The notes: generated by a model not told the origin, from the sequence alone. DNA of 64,000 bases from Eledone cirrhosa (GCA_964016885.1 OZ024743.1:108500001-108564000), one strand, 5' to 3'. Positions 42,936 through 59,761 are shown, numbered from the stretch's first letter. Numbers and translations: made by a program.

Positions 42936-44454
42936 GATACAGAACTATACATATAAGTAGATACATCATTTACATTTTTATTCTTTTTAACACCAACCGA
43001 GAGTGTTCCCAGTTCTTTTTTTGATTTGTACTGAAATATTCTTATTTTTTCGTTATCGTTATCGTTATAGGAGTATTTGTTATAGAAGTATTTGTTGTTG
43101 TCGGGTTGTTATCAGTATATGACTCCAGGGACCCCTATTGATAAATTCATTTATTTATATGAGTATGACGGCTTATATTCATATATGCGTAACGTCATAG
43201 TCACTTGTGTATGACTTTTCTTTTTGTCTAGTCTGAGAAATTATTTGAGACTCTGTGAACAACGTTGATTTCATCCCTAGTAATTCCAGTTGATTTGAGC
43301 AATGGAATAGCCTGCTCTTAAAATTAATGTGAAAATTACTTTGCACTTGAATGACAAGTGTACTCTTAATATGATTCCCTAGTATATTCAGCCTGACTCT
43401 GGGAGTCACAATTTGTCCAATATAATTAGAGATACACAACCTTTTCAGCTGAGCTAACTGGTGTAACATCACATAAAGCCAATTGCTCAAGAGACACCAT
43501 GCTGTTTGAAATTGTTGTTACGACATTACGATCGCTATTCGAAGACACTAACCACCAAATCATGCGCGTTTATAAAAACGATGTTATATGCAATCATGGC
43601 ATGTTCTGGTTGATTGAGTGAATACGTACTTTCCTTTACTGAGTGGACAGAGCATTACAAATGGTTAAGTATTTCGCCTCGTATTCATTATGTTCCGGGT
43701 TTGTTCCTACAGATTGGCATCTTAGGCAAATGCTATTACCATAGCCTCCTGTTGACCCAGACCTTGTGTGTGAAGATGGGATCTGTTTGGACGGCCATTG
43801 AGAAGCTTTTGTCTGCAATTTAATGGACTAGTTTTGTCGCATACCATGTCTGGTATATTAAGAATACACGTGAATAAGAAATGGTTGGAGATTTGCATGT
43901 TAATTTTGTGTGCAAGTTATGCCGTTGCTTCAAACGGGCAGCACCCTTCCGATAGATCGATTTTATAATTGGATTGTATGAAATGTACCGATATTTTTAG
44001 AAAGTCAGATTTGTACACGTTGGTATGAAGACATTATGCTAAAGTCGGTGATTTGGCAGATTCCTGGGAGTGTCGGATTAAAAACGCTTCGGTACTTGTT
44101 CCGGCTCACTGAGCACTCCAATCATATTGAGATCATATTAGCCTTTCATACTTCCAATATAGATAAATATAGCTCTAGCCAGGTACTGGCGTCGATTGTG
44201 TCTCGATTATTCGTTTACTCTCCCTTTCACTACCAGAAATCGGATGTGTTCCAACATGGAGAGTGATGGATTCCACCAGGTTTAGAAAACCCAAGGCATA
44301 CACACATGAGTATGTATATATGTACACATACAATTCGGGGCGTATTTGCACATAAAATTACAGTGAACCATACATGCATCTCTGTGTTATCGGATGTGTA
44401 TCTGAGTGCATTCTAAGGGTGGATATAATATTTATTGGAGGGTTGATGGCATTT

Positions 44455-44535
<81 letters not shown>

Positions 44536-44550
44536 GCATATATATATATG

Positions 44551-44667
<117 letters not shown>

Positions 44668-44669
44668 GC

Positions 44670-44742
<73 letters not shown>

Positions 44743-45007
44743 AATAATGGAGCTGCGGCGTTGCAAATGGGTTACATATGAAAAAGTTGTCCTTCATCAG
44801 TGGCCTTCCAACCGTCGTAGGCATTCCATCGCTTTATGTATGTATATAATATGTAGGATGGACACTTTCTTGTTGACAAATGTTTTTAGGCCTCATATTA
44901 TGTTACCTTATCTTATCTGATGGGAACACATTTTTTGTCCCAGGATGATGTTTTCGAAATGCGCATAATAAAATATATGGAACTTCTTTAACCATCTTTT
45001 AATTTCT

Positions 45008-45093
<86 letters not shown>

Positions 45094-45134
45094 GTATAAC
45101 TGAGTATATAGGCTTTATTTGTCAGAACAACATT

Positions 45135-45199
<65 letters not shown>

Positions 45200-45200
45200 G

Positions 45201-45236
<36 letters not shown>

Positions 45237-45242
45237 TACATA

Positions 45243-45323
<81 letters not shown>

Positions 45324-45601
45324 GAGAGAGATGGTAAACGATGAATGCAGATGACTGCTGTTAAGAAACATACAGTTCAGCTGCTGCAGCCCAGGGCCTG
45401 CTACTGGAATCTTCTAAGATATGAACTGTAAGGTCACCATACGAATTATTGCAGATGTTCTCGCCATTTTCTCTTAATATTCCATTATCCTTCACTAACG
45501 ACGCCAGTAAATGAAAAAAAAAAAAAAAAAAAAAAATCAAATGAAACTCCCGAAAAAAAAGGCAAAAACTACTCTTTGTAAATAGTAGTAGCAGCAGCAG
45601 C

Positions 45602-45656
<55 letters not shown>

Positions 45657-45820
45657 ATATAAATAATAATAAAAATAATACAAAAATGTATTATTAAGGG
45701 GGTCCAAAAGCTCTCATGTAGTAGTTTGCCCTACGGGTGCCTTCAGTGGGTTCGCGACCCTGTCAAGAACGTATATGTGAGCCTATATCTATCTACCTAC
45801 CATTCTCTCTCTCTCTCGTG

Positions 45821-45851
<31 letters not shown>

Positions 45852-45901
45852 ACTCTCTCTCTTTCTCACTCTCTCTCTCGCTCTCTCCCTCTCGCTCTCT
45901 C

Positions 45902-45943
<42 letters not shown>

Positions 45944-45988
45944 TCTCTTTCTCACTCTCTCTCTCGCTCTCTCCCTCTCGCTCTCTCC

Positions 45989-46023
<35 letters not shown>

Positions 46024-46316
46024 GCTATATATATACATATATGTATATACAAGTGTATGTGAGTATGTATGTAGGAAGGGAAATTTGCCGTTGTGACAAA
46101 TTGACATTTTCTATCGCCCTTAAACTGAAAAGATAGGGAATTATTTCTCACAATAGATTTTAAAAATAGCACGCTAAATGCATGTACATAGGTCAGTGCT
46201 GCCACAGGCAGGCATGCATGCATGCATACATACATACAGAAATACATGCATTTATACGTACATACATATATACATATATGAACGCATACATTCCAATATA
46301 TATATACGTATATATA

Positions 46317-46473
46317 CAGTGAAATTCCGTTATGAAGACATTCACGGGGTATAAACAAATTCGTTGTAACAAAAATGTCTTTATAACGAGATCGACCTAA
46401 CACATCGAGCGTGAGGCCGGGATTGAAAAAAATTCGTTATACTGAAAAAGTCGTTATAACGCAATCTTACCTG
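46317..46473. mobile_element. Possible pogo/Tigger-type MITE remnant
   Basis: TA-CAGTGAAATTCCGTTAT at the left, repeated TCGTTATAAC motifs, GTTATAACGCAATCTTACCTG at the right. Confidence 0.4.
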
Positions 46474-47329
46474 TTAAAATATATCATAACAATTTGAAGA
46501 TGTACTTAACGTTTATTTTTATATATATATCCATGCAAATTTACATTTTACAACAACAACAAAATAGTTCATTAAAGTAAATTATCGTTTAAAACATAAC
46601 TCCTTTTTTTTTTAAATTAATGAAACAGAGTTATCTGAATCATTTCCTACTGACCAGTTTCCCTTTCTAGTATCAATATTTCATTTTCAAGTTTAGGGTT
46701 CTGTTGGTGTTGTGTCATTTTAAACTAGTCTGCTGCTGTTGAGTATATTCAACAGTGTTTATACAAAGGTTACATCAGTTTTCATGCTCCCGTGTTTCAT
46801 TTAGCATTAAACATATTATCCTTTTAATAATTAACCGCCTTCATTTCATAACTTTTCAGGTATAAAATGAAATAATTTTCATTGTTAAGGAAATTAAGAG
46901 TAACTGTGATTTAAAAGTTGAATGATAAATTAAAATTCACATTAACGACAGAATAGAAGAAAACTCTGTATAGAATGGAAGGAATATGTATTCAAACAAA
47001 ATTGTAATTTATATTTCACGAGCATAAACATTGTCATCATACATCGTCATATCAAATATTCTTCTCTTTTGGGAATAAGTAGCCATCTTTCTACTGATGT
47101 CAGTAATAAGCATTTTATGATAAAAAAGGAAAACAAAGGCAAGTGAAGTGGCCACTTGCTTAAATGGTATGTAACGGTTGAGAATAATCTGAAAGTGCTC
47201 ACGGAAGAAATCAACCAAACGACGGTTCCTTCCATCGTTATAGTAATTGACAAATATTCGAAGAAAAAAACATTGTGATAGAATTGTTATGTATTTGGTT
47301 ATTGAATAAATGATGATCCTCTATGTATG

Positions 47330-47480
47330 AAGAATTATTCACGATGAATGGGATATATATTCCGCAAATAAGAGGAAATTTCCAGGATGAATGAGAATAG
47401 ATCACGTAAATAAGAGGAAATATCCAGGATGAATGAGAATAGATCCCGTAATTAAGAGGAAATATGCAGGATATATGAGA
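47330..47480. repeat. 42-bp tandem repeat, about 3 copies
   Basis: Unit AAATAAGAGGAAATATCCAGGATGAATGAGAATAGATCACGT. Confidence 0.85.
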
Positions 47481-47633
47481 TTTATCTATATAAAACAATG
47501 AAGTAGAACATAATGGACACTTCCCCCACGAAGGCATCTGCAAGCTTAATTATGTTTAGTAATAAACTTATACAATAAATACAGTATTTGCTGACGTAGA
47601 CCACTGTAAGTTTTCCTAGATTCCCATATGTAC

Positions 47634-47710
<77 letters not shown>

Positions 47711-47781
47711 TATATATATATACAATTATATATATATAAATGTATATATATATATATAAATAAATATATATATATATATAC

Positions 47782-47868
<87 letters not shown>

Positions 47869-48693
47869 GAGAGAGATAGAGAGAGAGGGTATCCGTAGGG
47901 GGGGTATCCGTAGAAAATACCGAAGGAGACTAAATTTTCATAAGGTACTCAATGTCGAGTGCGTACATAATGTATTTCAGCTGGAAATGAATTATACACA
48001 CACACACACATGTTTATATGTGTATATATATACTAAAGTGTGTGTGTATGTGTATGTATACATGCTTAAGGAGACACATGGATAGTCCTGACGCATTCTA
48101 ACATTTGCAAGTGACATGGTATGCAGATAGAACATAGTCAGAACATTTCTCCACTACCAAAGGCTGGTTTTTAAATGGCACATGGTACTCGTTGAATACC
48201 GTATAGTTGAAGGTTTGTTAAAGTGCCATCTTCAGTATGCATGATAACCTTAAATAATCCTGGAAGGTTTGGAATTTGATGTTATGCTTTTGTCACATAC
48301 GCACACATGCACAAGTAGAGTGGGATGGGGATAGAGAGAAAGAAAAAAAGAAAGTGAACAGGCAGACACTAATACTTAATATACACACAAAAACAAAACG
48401 AAACACACTTGTATGTATATTTATAAACTGTGTCTAAAAACTGTCGCTCTCAGTCGTGTACGGCTTTGTAGCTTGTACCATGTCATCACATCACTACAAC
48501 TTTTAGGTGCCCATTCTTTCACGAGATGACACAGCCACACACTTTACTCTCCCGGCCTTTATCCAGTGAAGCATTAAAAGTGACGACTACCATTATTGAA
48601 CTATAAAGAAACAATTATAAACTGAATCTCGACGAGATACGAACTCAGAACGCAGAAAGTTGGAACAAATATCCAAAACGAGTCAATTGGGTG

Positions 48694-48755
<62 letters not shown>

Positions 48756-48939
48756 CTCAATACATAAACAGAGAAAGCCTTAAGCGATACTCCGACCAAC
48801 CCCATCTCACTCAACAAACATTAGGATATACTTAAGTATTATCCCAATTTAGGGTTTGGGGTGCTAACTAATCAGTATTTCGTGGATAATTGATTGTATT
48901 ATTTTATATGAGACATTATTAAATAAATATCTCATTCCT

Positions 48940-49062
48940 TCCAGACGGCCGTTTCGTTATAAACTTTCTACAATTTGGGTAAATAATTTCTAGGTTATGT
49001 AGAAACTTGTATATAATACATAGTTTTATACACAAGCGGGCTCTTATAAACTCATCATTGGA
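48940..49062 (-). ncRNA. Hammerhead motif with long stem II and mutated C3 (another probable PLE terminus)
   Basis: rc: tcca ATGATGA gtttataa..(long insert)..ttataac GAAAC GGCC GTC tgga; about 185 nt from a (TA)n tract. Confidence 0.6.
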
Positions 49063-49794
49063 TGCCCAGTCATTAACGATATAAGAATTATATCGACATT
49101 AACAGAATGGTTATGGTCTCCCTCAGCGCTAAGTAGATTGGTAGATTAGACTGGTAGATTAGAATCTAGCAGTTCTCTCAAAGAAAAAATACACGCTGCC
49201 CCCCAAAAGGGTAAAGGGAGGTCATCTTAAAATAAAACAATTTACACGCTGGTCTATTAAACATGTTAGGTATTAACTCAATTGGAAATGTAAAATAATA
49301 ACCACATACATACACAACTAATTCACACACAGAGATATTAAAACATAATAAATATATGCATGGGTCACCCATATATAAGCATAGCTATTCTCTAAGGCTA
49401 AATCAGTCATGGGATATAAGGAAGATCAATCAGTATTTCATATAAACAATAATAATAATAAAGAGAGTCATATCTTATATCTGGAATCCTCATCATGCTC
49501 CCAAGATTATATATTCATGTGTGTGGGTGGGTGGGTGTGTGTGTGTGTATGTGTGTGAGTGTGTGTGCGTGCGTACGTATGTGTGTGTGTGCGTATTTAC
49601 AATCAAATACGATGAATTAATATTAATCACACAGATATTTGTATTAACCGTGCCTTTTTTACGTTTCAAATAGAAAATCCTCATGTATGTGTGATACCCT
49701 CCCTGCGAATTGGTATCCGTACAAGTCTATGTGGTAAATTTCTGAATCTGGGACAATATCACTAATTAGACATAACACCATAATATTCATCAAT

Positions 49795-49918
49795 GCTCAT
49801 AATTCAAATCCCGCAGAGATTAACTTTGCCGTTCATCCTTACAGGGTCGATAAAATAAAGTACCAGTAATACACTAGGATAATTGCTGGCCTTGTGCCAA
49901 ATGTAGAAACAATTATAA
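49795..49918 (+). mobile_element. 5'-truncated SINE A
   Basis: From box B onward. Confidence 0.85.
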
Positions 49919-50434
49919 TTTCCCTCTATATTTGTAATAGCTTTAATTTAATTTCACTACGTACATATATTTTCTCATGTTTGTTAACGCCTTTCCAGGT
50001 AATATTCATTTGTTTATTTATACTTTATTTGGACTTCTTTTGGATAAGTCTAGTCTCTAGTTGTGTATGTCTATTATTGACATTGTCATATCCGCAGACT
50101 TATATATTAACACTAACCATTTAAAAAGCGAATATTAACATGTGAAATTCATTGCGTCATCATACTACTGATAACTGATGTGACACTTCAAAAATCTAAC
50201 ACCGGAAAATATACGGTGACTTAATATTAATCACACCGTTTTTTGTATCAACTACTCTTTTTGCGTATCAACCTAGTTGAAAACACAGAATGCCGATATA
50301 TTTATTCATTCTTTATGCGACTTTGTGTAAGTACATGACTATATGATATATATGTATATGGTATCACAGACAATATCACGAGATACACTTAACACCTTAA
50401 TGCTTATCAACATAGGTAATTCAAACATTATTAG

Positions 50435-50604
50435 TGCGGTGGATTGGCAGTATCGGTAGAGGGTCGGACACCAAGCTTTGACGCATGGAGTTACGGCCCT
50501 TGCCATTCTGAGTTCAAATCCCACCGATGTTAACTTTGCCGTTCATCCTTACGGGGTCGATAAAATAAAGTACCGGTAATGTGCCAACAGTAGAACCAAT
50601 TATT
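50435..50604 (+). mobile_element. SINE family A copy with small 3' deletion
   Basis: Homology. Confidence 0.88.
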
Positions 50605-51045
50605 AGTTTTGCTACGTTTAGCGAATTCGTATTCGATTTAATTTCTCTTGTTCTACTTCATACAGAATGCTTTCTTTTAAAGTGCTTAAATTGATGTGCG
50701 CATGTTTCACTACTATGCACTGTCTTTTAACTTTTCATGTTTCCTTTCACTATTTTGATCGCTTGTTTATGTAATGTGACTCATCTAATAAACCTATGTC
50801 CCTGATGTGATTAGGTGAGGTATATGTGCCATAGTGCTAGTTGATTAAGTGAAGAAATAATTAGTTTAATTTGTATATCATCTCTCTTAATCGGAATGAT
50901 CGTAGAATAAAATGGTTTTGAATGTGTAACGACTGTAGATTTTTCTAAGTGAATATTTATGCTCTGTGACATTATTGGTCGTCAAATTTCCGTATCATAC
51001 CTAGGGGTTTGATTCCTGCATGATGTAACCTGAATACCGCATTGA

Positions 51046-51136
<91 letters not shown>

Positions 51137-51137
51137 T

Positions 51138-51169
<32 letters not shown>

Positions 51170-51170
51170 C

Positions 51171-51473
51171 GATATTAAATAAATGGAAACTATATTTATA
51201 AAACCATATTTATTTCATTATACATATTTCAGGGATACCAAATTAAAATATGGAATGCCTTCATCAGACAAAATACAATATATAAACAGTTTTATAAATA
51301 ATTTTGACGTACCCTATTAGATGCAACCATTATTTTTGGAAGCTGTCTGGATAGTGAGATGTTTATAATTATTTTATTAGTTATAGTGTTAAGCACAGTT
51401 GATTTCGAGTGCTTTATATCAGTTATAAAATATTTACTTGTTGTATCCCAACACTTTTAAATAGAACTTTTGC
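51171..51473. mobile_element. P1 insertion: inverted arm plus tail without overlap
   Basis: 51171-~51390 is the minus-orientation pseudo-LTR; ~51405-51473 is the plus-orientation tail matching 34808-34878; (TA)n flanks. Confidence 0.82.
51211..51275 (-). ncRNA. Type I hammerhead motif (P1)
   Basis: rc: tattttgt CTGATGA aggcattcca..tggtatccct GAAA tatgta TA atgaaata. Confidence 0.72.
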
Positions 51474-51636
51474 ATATATATATATATATATATATATATC
51501 ATGACGTATCTTTTCCAAAACACAGCCATTAATTAAAATGTGTGCACTCTGGACATCGAGATGCAGTTACAGTTCATTGAGAGAGTGAATCATGGCCTGA
51601 GGTCGATGAAATAATATCAGTGAATTTTGTAAACCC

Positions 51637-51672
<36 letters not shown>

Positions 51673-51799
51673 GTATTAGTTATACTATTTATGGTTATGT
51701 AAATACAAAACCTTATGCAGTTATAAGTATTTTTTATACACACCCTAAATAGTGGTAGGCAGTAATGTATTACTACCTTATTACCAGTAAGTTAAGTAG

Positions 51800-52061
<262 letters not shown>

Positions 52062-52566
52062 TTATTTACTCTCAGAAAATGTTCGCAAAAATATCTGATG
52101 GCCATGCGATATTTTTAAATACCACACTCTTTAGTTAATAGCAAGAGATTTCAATCACATGAACGGGGAAATGTTTCCATTTTATATTTTTGATATATGC
52201 TTCTTGTATGGCTTTGGATTCCTTTGTGATATGCAGGAGTACATGCGCGGTTATCTCCCTTTTCTCTTGATGATTTTTATCGATCGAAGTTTTCTAGTTT
52301 AACTCTAAATATGCGTTTTACTTTGGATTCATTGAAACTTTAATATACAAATACATAATAATACTTCTACGTTGACAATTAAAAATAAACTAAGATTAGC
52401 AATACTTGAAAAAAAAAATAAACATTGCTACTGAAAGTATAATTAACTTTATAAGCACTAGTAAGGTGAGTGATTGCTCCGGATATATACTTATAATATG
52501 TTTTTATACATATATATCAATATAGTATATTTCTCTTTCTCTCTCTCCCCCACTCTCTCTCACACA

Positions 52567-52640
<74 letters not shown>

Positions 52641-52940
52641 CTGTAAGTGTCTGTAGTAGTGGTTATAAACAAAAAAGGAAAATACACGTAACATGGATAC
52701 CAACTATTTGTATCAACAGTTCGAATTAACTCCGCACTAGCAGCTGTTTCATGACGAAAACATGTCTACATTTTCAGAGGGATTTTGTAAATGCACGTAA
52801 TGAATTATTTTTATCAAACCCTTTTCACACAGACACATATGCACACAGTCTCATGCACGTACACACACATACACACACACATATGTGTGTTTATATATAT
52901 GTAAATATATATATGAAGCGAGAGAGAAAGAGAGAGCGAA

Positions 52941-53059
<119 letters not shown>

Positions 53060-53773
53060 TTGTGTTATGTTTAGTTACTGACGGTTCACACTTGAATGAT
53101 TCAATGCTAAAATTTAGCTTCGGCATCGATATATTTACATTTGTATATACACTTGTGTTCCTGAATATATACAAAGGTATGTTGACAATTTGCATCTAAC
53201 TCGTGTTAGGCTATCGAATATAAAGCATTTAAAATTGGAATCTTGTGTACAAAATATATTTTTTGTGCAAATTAAAATTGCAAACAATTCTTACGTCACC
53301 TGGAACTACAATCACCAGGTAATAATATAATTACCACACTGTAATGATTTCATAAATCAAGACAAATGAACACAACTTTAATTGTAATCGCGTTGCGTAG
53401 ATGTTTCAAATATACAGTAACTGGTACTGGCATCAAGCCTTTATTTGTTTTCTTCTTTAATGTAAATAATAACGGTTTATAATGTTGGCACAAGACCAGT
53501 ATTAGTGCGGTTATGTGGATTAAAGTGATCCCGAAGTTTGGCTTGTGTTGTATTTCATCACGTGTCTGTGACTGTATATCCCGTAACTGTTGACAGACTT
53601 AAAGGAGAACGTGAATGTGTTAGTCTTGGAGACTTAATTTCTGAGGACGTTATGAGTAATTAAATCTTATATGACTGAGGCCAGCAAAAGTTATAAGATT
53701 GGGACGCACACAAAGATAGACACAAATGCTCACACAGATAAACGCGCACCAACAAAAATGCATACAACCACGC

Positions 53774-53808
<35 letters not shown>

Positions 53809-53874
53809 TGTATGTATATATATATATATATATATATATAAATATATATATGTATATATATATATATAAATATA

Positions 53875-53928
<54 letters not shown>

Positions 53929-55600
53929 AAATGTATTCTCAGTTTTTCAAGTATTAATAATAACATTCGATTCGTTTGTAATTATGCAAAAAAGCCTCAT
54001 TTTTAAAGCCATATCACTATAATGAACCCTTCATGCTTGCTCTTGTGTTGGCATGTAAACAGAACACCAGACACTAATGTTTCTGGGTATCACCCTTCAT
54101 CAGTAGAGCTCACTCTTCACCTACCAACTGTCAGAGCTAGTGAAAATATATGCTATTTTCTAAAATATACAATCACTGATCGGCATTATTTGCATATTAG
54201 CAGACAGGCTGATCAGTCAGATCTGCATAAAAGGAGATCCACTGATCAGCTAGATTTGCATATCAGCAGACTGGCCAGTCAGTTTCCTATATACCAGCGA
54301 TAAATGACCGGCTTTGCCACATTCCAAAAAAAAAAAAAAAAAAATTTCGCTCTACATGGCTGAATACAATAAATGTAATCTGAGTTTTTCGAATGACCAA
54401 TGCTTATTCCCTCTCTCTATTTTTTATGGCGGTGAGGAAAATATGTCAGAGATCTTTTTCAGTATAAGCGAGTAAGATAGAGATGATACATATATAGTCC
54501 AAGTAAATCTCCCCAACAATCTATATTCCGCACTGGACAAATAAAATTAACTTAATACTATACATCGTATCATAATCCGCACCAGGTAAATGAAATTAAC
54601 TTAAGTGTATACATCATAACATAAGTTACAGAATATTGTTTCACACGTATCTCATAATATTCGATGAGGGGTAGGAACAAATATACCAAAACACAAATAA
54701 TACAAGTTATAGATAGGGTTCAAGAAACCATATCAGTTTAACCTGTCCTCATGTTTATGTCGTTGGCGGAAATCGTTCAAACTATGTAGTTTAATGACCA
54801 AAAGGACCGGGAAGTTTTCGGTCTTAACGATGCGATATTGATTCGTGTTTCAAATATATTCATTTGATTTATAATCTCTCACGCATTAACCTACTACACA
54901 CTGTGTCTCTCACCCACAAGAACATATATGTGTGTATATAAACACATATATATACACATATATATAAATATGTACCTGTCATAGTTTAATTACTATGTTA
55001 TTTTGTCTTGTCTTTTAATCCAAAGACAGCGATTTGGCTTATCAGACAATGTGACCATGGATGGACCAGCAGTAGCGTCGGTAGGGGTCGAACCTGCCAG
55101 ATGTCCATCTATAGGGTTGAAGACATTGGGGATATGTGTCTTTCGTTTGTCTTTTTTATTTCCAAAGGTATTTTTTTAAGGATTCCCCATACATTTTGTT
55201 TCGTCTTACCCTTTGTTTTCGTTAACACATTAATGGTAATGTACGGAGTTTTCGTAGCAATCATGCAGCTTTTAATCGAACAGACTTCCCCCTGTAAACG
55301 TAGCGCCCCCTGCTGTTTTTATTTGCTGTATACTGTCAATGAAGTTTACAAAAGAACGCACCTGACATTATATTGTTCACATCGTCCTATACATTGTGTC
55401 TATCTACCCACCTCCATATCAATCTGACAATCTATCACAGTCTCTATTTCAATATCTCACCCACTCTGTCTCTCTTTTTCTCTATTTCTATCTGTCACGC
55501 TCCATCTCTCTCTCTCTCACTCTCTCTCGCTATCCCCCCCTCTCTCTGTCTCTCTCTCTCTCTCGCTCTCTCTATCTCTTTCTGTCTCTCTCTCTCTCTC

Positions 55601-55680
<80 letters not shown>

Positions 55681-56171
55681 ATTTATATATATATGTGTGT
55701 GTGTGGGGGGGGGTTGTATTTATGTAACAGATTCAACTGTTGCATTCTATATGAACGCTTCAATACTTAATTGAATCTGCACAGCGGGTAAAGGACCGCC
55801 ATACTGTAACATATATGTGTGTATTTAATTCATGTTACTATGTAATACATACGTACATAGATGTGTTCTTGATATAGTTGTTGTTGTTCTCATTTTAAGG
55901 TCATTATTTTAAAACTGCAATTGTTATGTTAATTATACTCTCACGTGGTGTGTTGTGCTGTAAGAGCTGAGCTCGTTTAGATTGTTGCATATTGCATGTT
56001 ATTGTGTTCTCAGAGTCACAACGACAAGGTTTTATGTTTGAACCAACTCCCTCTCTCATACACAAGCACTTCCATGAGTGTATATGTGTGTACATAAGTC
56101 ATAAACAAAATTATATTCTAGAACTAATTACCTCATGCAAAATCCACCCTGGAATCTAAATAATGAATGCG

Positions 56172-56243
<72 letters not shown>

Positions 56244-56252
56244 CACACACAC

Positions 56253-56311
<59 letters not shown>

Positions 56312-56671
56312 TATATAAGTTCTCTCCCAGGCCTCAGTACCACAGACTGAATACACCCACATACGAGAGATATCAATGAAAATGTCCATAATTATCATTT
56401 TAAAGATTCCTCGCTGTACAATTAAGCTACTACCGTAAGGCAAAGTATCCTTCTATACTTTCCTCATTATAATGTTCTTTTGTATAGAGTACTTAGAAAA
56501 ATAATAGTCTTAGTACTGTCATCAAGTAAGAAAAAAAATATATATATATATACCACCCACTCTCAAACGTGAAACTAATATTAACATTTATACAGCCTCT
56601 TCGCTACCACACTTTTTTGTTTTTGTTTTCTGTTTACTGTCTCAACTTTAAAATATATATATATATATATA

Positions 56672-56883
56672 TATAGGAACGAGTAGGACCCGGACCGCTG
56701 AGCTCAAGCCGTTTCGACGGCTAGTTCTGGACTAAATGCATTTAGTCCAGAATTAGCCGTCGAAACGGCTTGAGCTCAGCCGTCGGGGTCCTACTCGTTC
56801 CAATTACCCACTCTACTTCCCTAAGTATTGAGTACTTTGGTGAGTTATGGTTCACCTGGTTCCTTACCACTTTTCCTTCGTTA
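56672..56883. mobile_element. Fold-back insertion, family P6
   Basis: ~65-bp arms centred on aaatgcattt plus tail; (TA)n flanks. Confidence 0.85.
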
Positions 56884-57008
56884 TATATATATATATATAC
56901 ATAAGCAGCTACAACAGTGTCGTTGTAACTGATTATCCATAACACATCATAGGACTAAGTGCTCTAAACCCTTGGAGATTTATACAAAGTTTGTACTACA
57001 ATATATAT

Positions 57009-57414
<406 letters not shown>

Positions 57415-57959
57415 GTGTGTGTCCCCGTATGTACTGATATATCGGCATGATATATTTAGTGGTGGATAGAAAGCTATTGTTAAAAGGATTGAGGGAGTGT
57501 AAGAAAGCATAGTGTATGTGAGATTGTGTTGTGGTAGATGGAAGGTAGAATGTAGATTTGGTTGTGGACTAGAGACTTAAAGTCTAAGCTGTTAAAAGCA
57601 ATATTCAACAATGGTTTACCAGTCTCACACTACTATTTCTTTTCTACTTTTATCTCCACCTCTCTCTCTCTCTCTATCTCTCTCTCTTTCTCTCTCTCTG
57701 TCTCTCTCAACCGCACTCTCTCTCTCTTTTTCATTCTTCCAACTTCAACGATTTACCAACACCGCCCCCAACAACGACACCCCTATCACCATTATTTCCA
57801 CGCACACATACACATACACGCACACACTTACACACACACATACATACACACACGCACACACACAAAATAATAATCGTCAACATCGCATTCATCGCCACAG
57901 CCACCAGCGCAAAGCTATTACCCACCGTCGCCCAAACCACCACTACTATCACGAATATT

Positions 57960-59552
57960 ACAACCACAACCGCAACGAAGACATTAACTCCAACCACAAA
58001 CATCACCACTATCATCATTACCAATATCAATCCAAAAAATACCCACAACCACCGTCACCAATGCCACCACAACAGCCTCCAATACCACCACCACTACCAT
58101 CACTACCACCACCAGCACCATCACTACCACCAGCACCATCACCTCCACCGCCATTACCACCACCACCATCACTGCTGTCAGCACCATCACCTCCACCACC
58201 ATTACCACCATCACCACCACCACCACAATCACTACCACGAGCAGTATCACCTCCACCATCATTACCACCACCAACATCAATAACCACCACCATCACCACC
58301 ACCAACCACCATCACTACCACCAGCACAATCACCTCCACCACCATTACGACCACCACCACCACCACCATCACCACCACCAACCACCATCACTACCACCAG
58401 CACAATCACCTCCACCACCATTACGACCACCACCACCACCACCATCACCACCACCAACGACCATCACTACCACCAGCACCATCACCTCCACCACCATTAC
58501 CACCACCACCATCACCACCATCACCACCACCAACTACCATCACTACCAGCAGCACCATCACACCCACCATCATTACCACCACCATCATCACCATCACCAC
58601 CATCACCACCACCAACCACCATCACTACCACCAGCACAATCACCTCCACCATCCTTACCACCACAATCACCACCACCACCACCACCACCAACCACCATCA
58701 CTACCACCAGTACTATCACCTCCACCATCATTACCACCACCATCACCACCACCACCATCACCACCACCAACCACCATCACTACCACCAGCACCATCACAT
58801 CCACCATCATTACCACCACCACCACCACCATCACCACCACCAACCACCATCACTACCACCAGCACAATCACCTCCACCACCATTACGACCACCACCACCA
58901 CCACCATCACCACCACCAACGACCATCACTACCACCAGCACCATCACCTCCACCACCATTACCACCACCACCATCACCACCATCACCACCACCAACTACC
59001 ATCACTACCAGCAGCACCATCACACCCACCATCATTACCACCACCATCATCACCATCACCACCATCACCACCACCAACCACCATCACTACCACCAGCACA
59101 ATCACCTCCACCATCCTTACCACCACAATCACCACCACCACCACCACCACCAACCACCATCACTACCACCAGTACCATCACCTCCACCATCATTACCACC
59201 ACCATCACCACCACCACCATCACCACCACCAACCACCATCACTACCACCAGCACCATCACATCCACCATCATTACCACCACCATCACCACCATCACCACC
59301 ACCAACCACCATCACTACCACCAGCACAATCACCTCCACCACCATTACAACCACCACCATCACCACCTCCGCCATCACCACCATCACTACCACCAACACC
59401 ATCACATCCACCATCATTACCACCACCATCACCACCACCACCATCACCACCACCAATCACCATCACCACCAACCACCATCACTACCACCAGCACAATCAC
59501 CTCCACCACCATTACGACCACCACCATCACCACCTCCGCCATCACCACCATC
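57960..59552. repeat. CAC/CCA-rich minisatellite with ~76-79 bp monomers and a 462-bp higher-order duplication
   Basis: Marker AACGA at 58456 recurs at 58918; the translated pattern repeats accordingly. Confidence 0.85.
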
Positions 59553-59761
59553 ACAGGCTTCTATCTAAATCTTATTGATAATTTTAATGACAGATTCGAT
59601 TCTAACAGCTTTTGCTACAAACAGCTGAAGGCGCAGTTATCTCGATTTTCCCTTCTTTCCAAGTTCTTTTTTTTTATGTGGGGGTGGAGATGATGGAAGT
59701 GGGGTATTTTTATTTTTTTTTTCATCAAATATATTTTTTTATACTCACCTTTGCACGGTGA

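Noticed and set aside
47330-47480. CRISPR-like array
   Set aside because: Contiguous tandem units with no unique spacers, no cas genes, eukaryotic context.
57611-59578. 655-aa Pro/Thr/His-rich ORF resembling extensin or mucin
   Set aside because: It is open only because CAC/CCA repeats lack stop codons; it starts in (CT)n/(CA)n sequence and rotates frame with each monomer.
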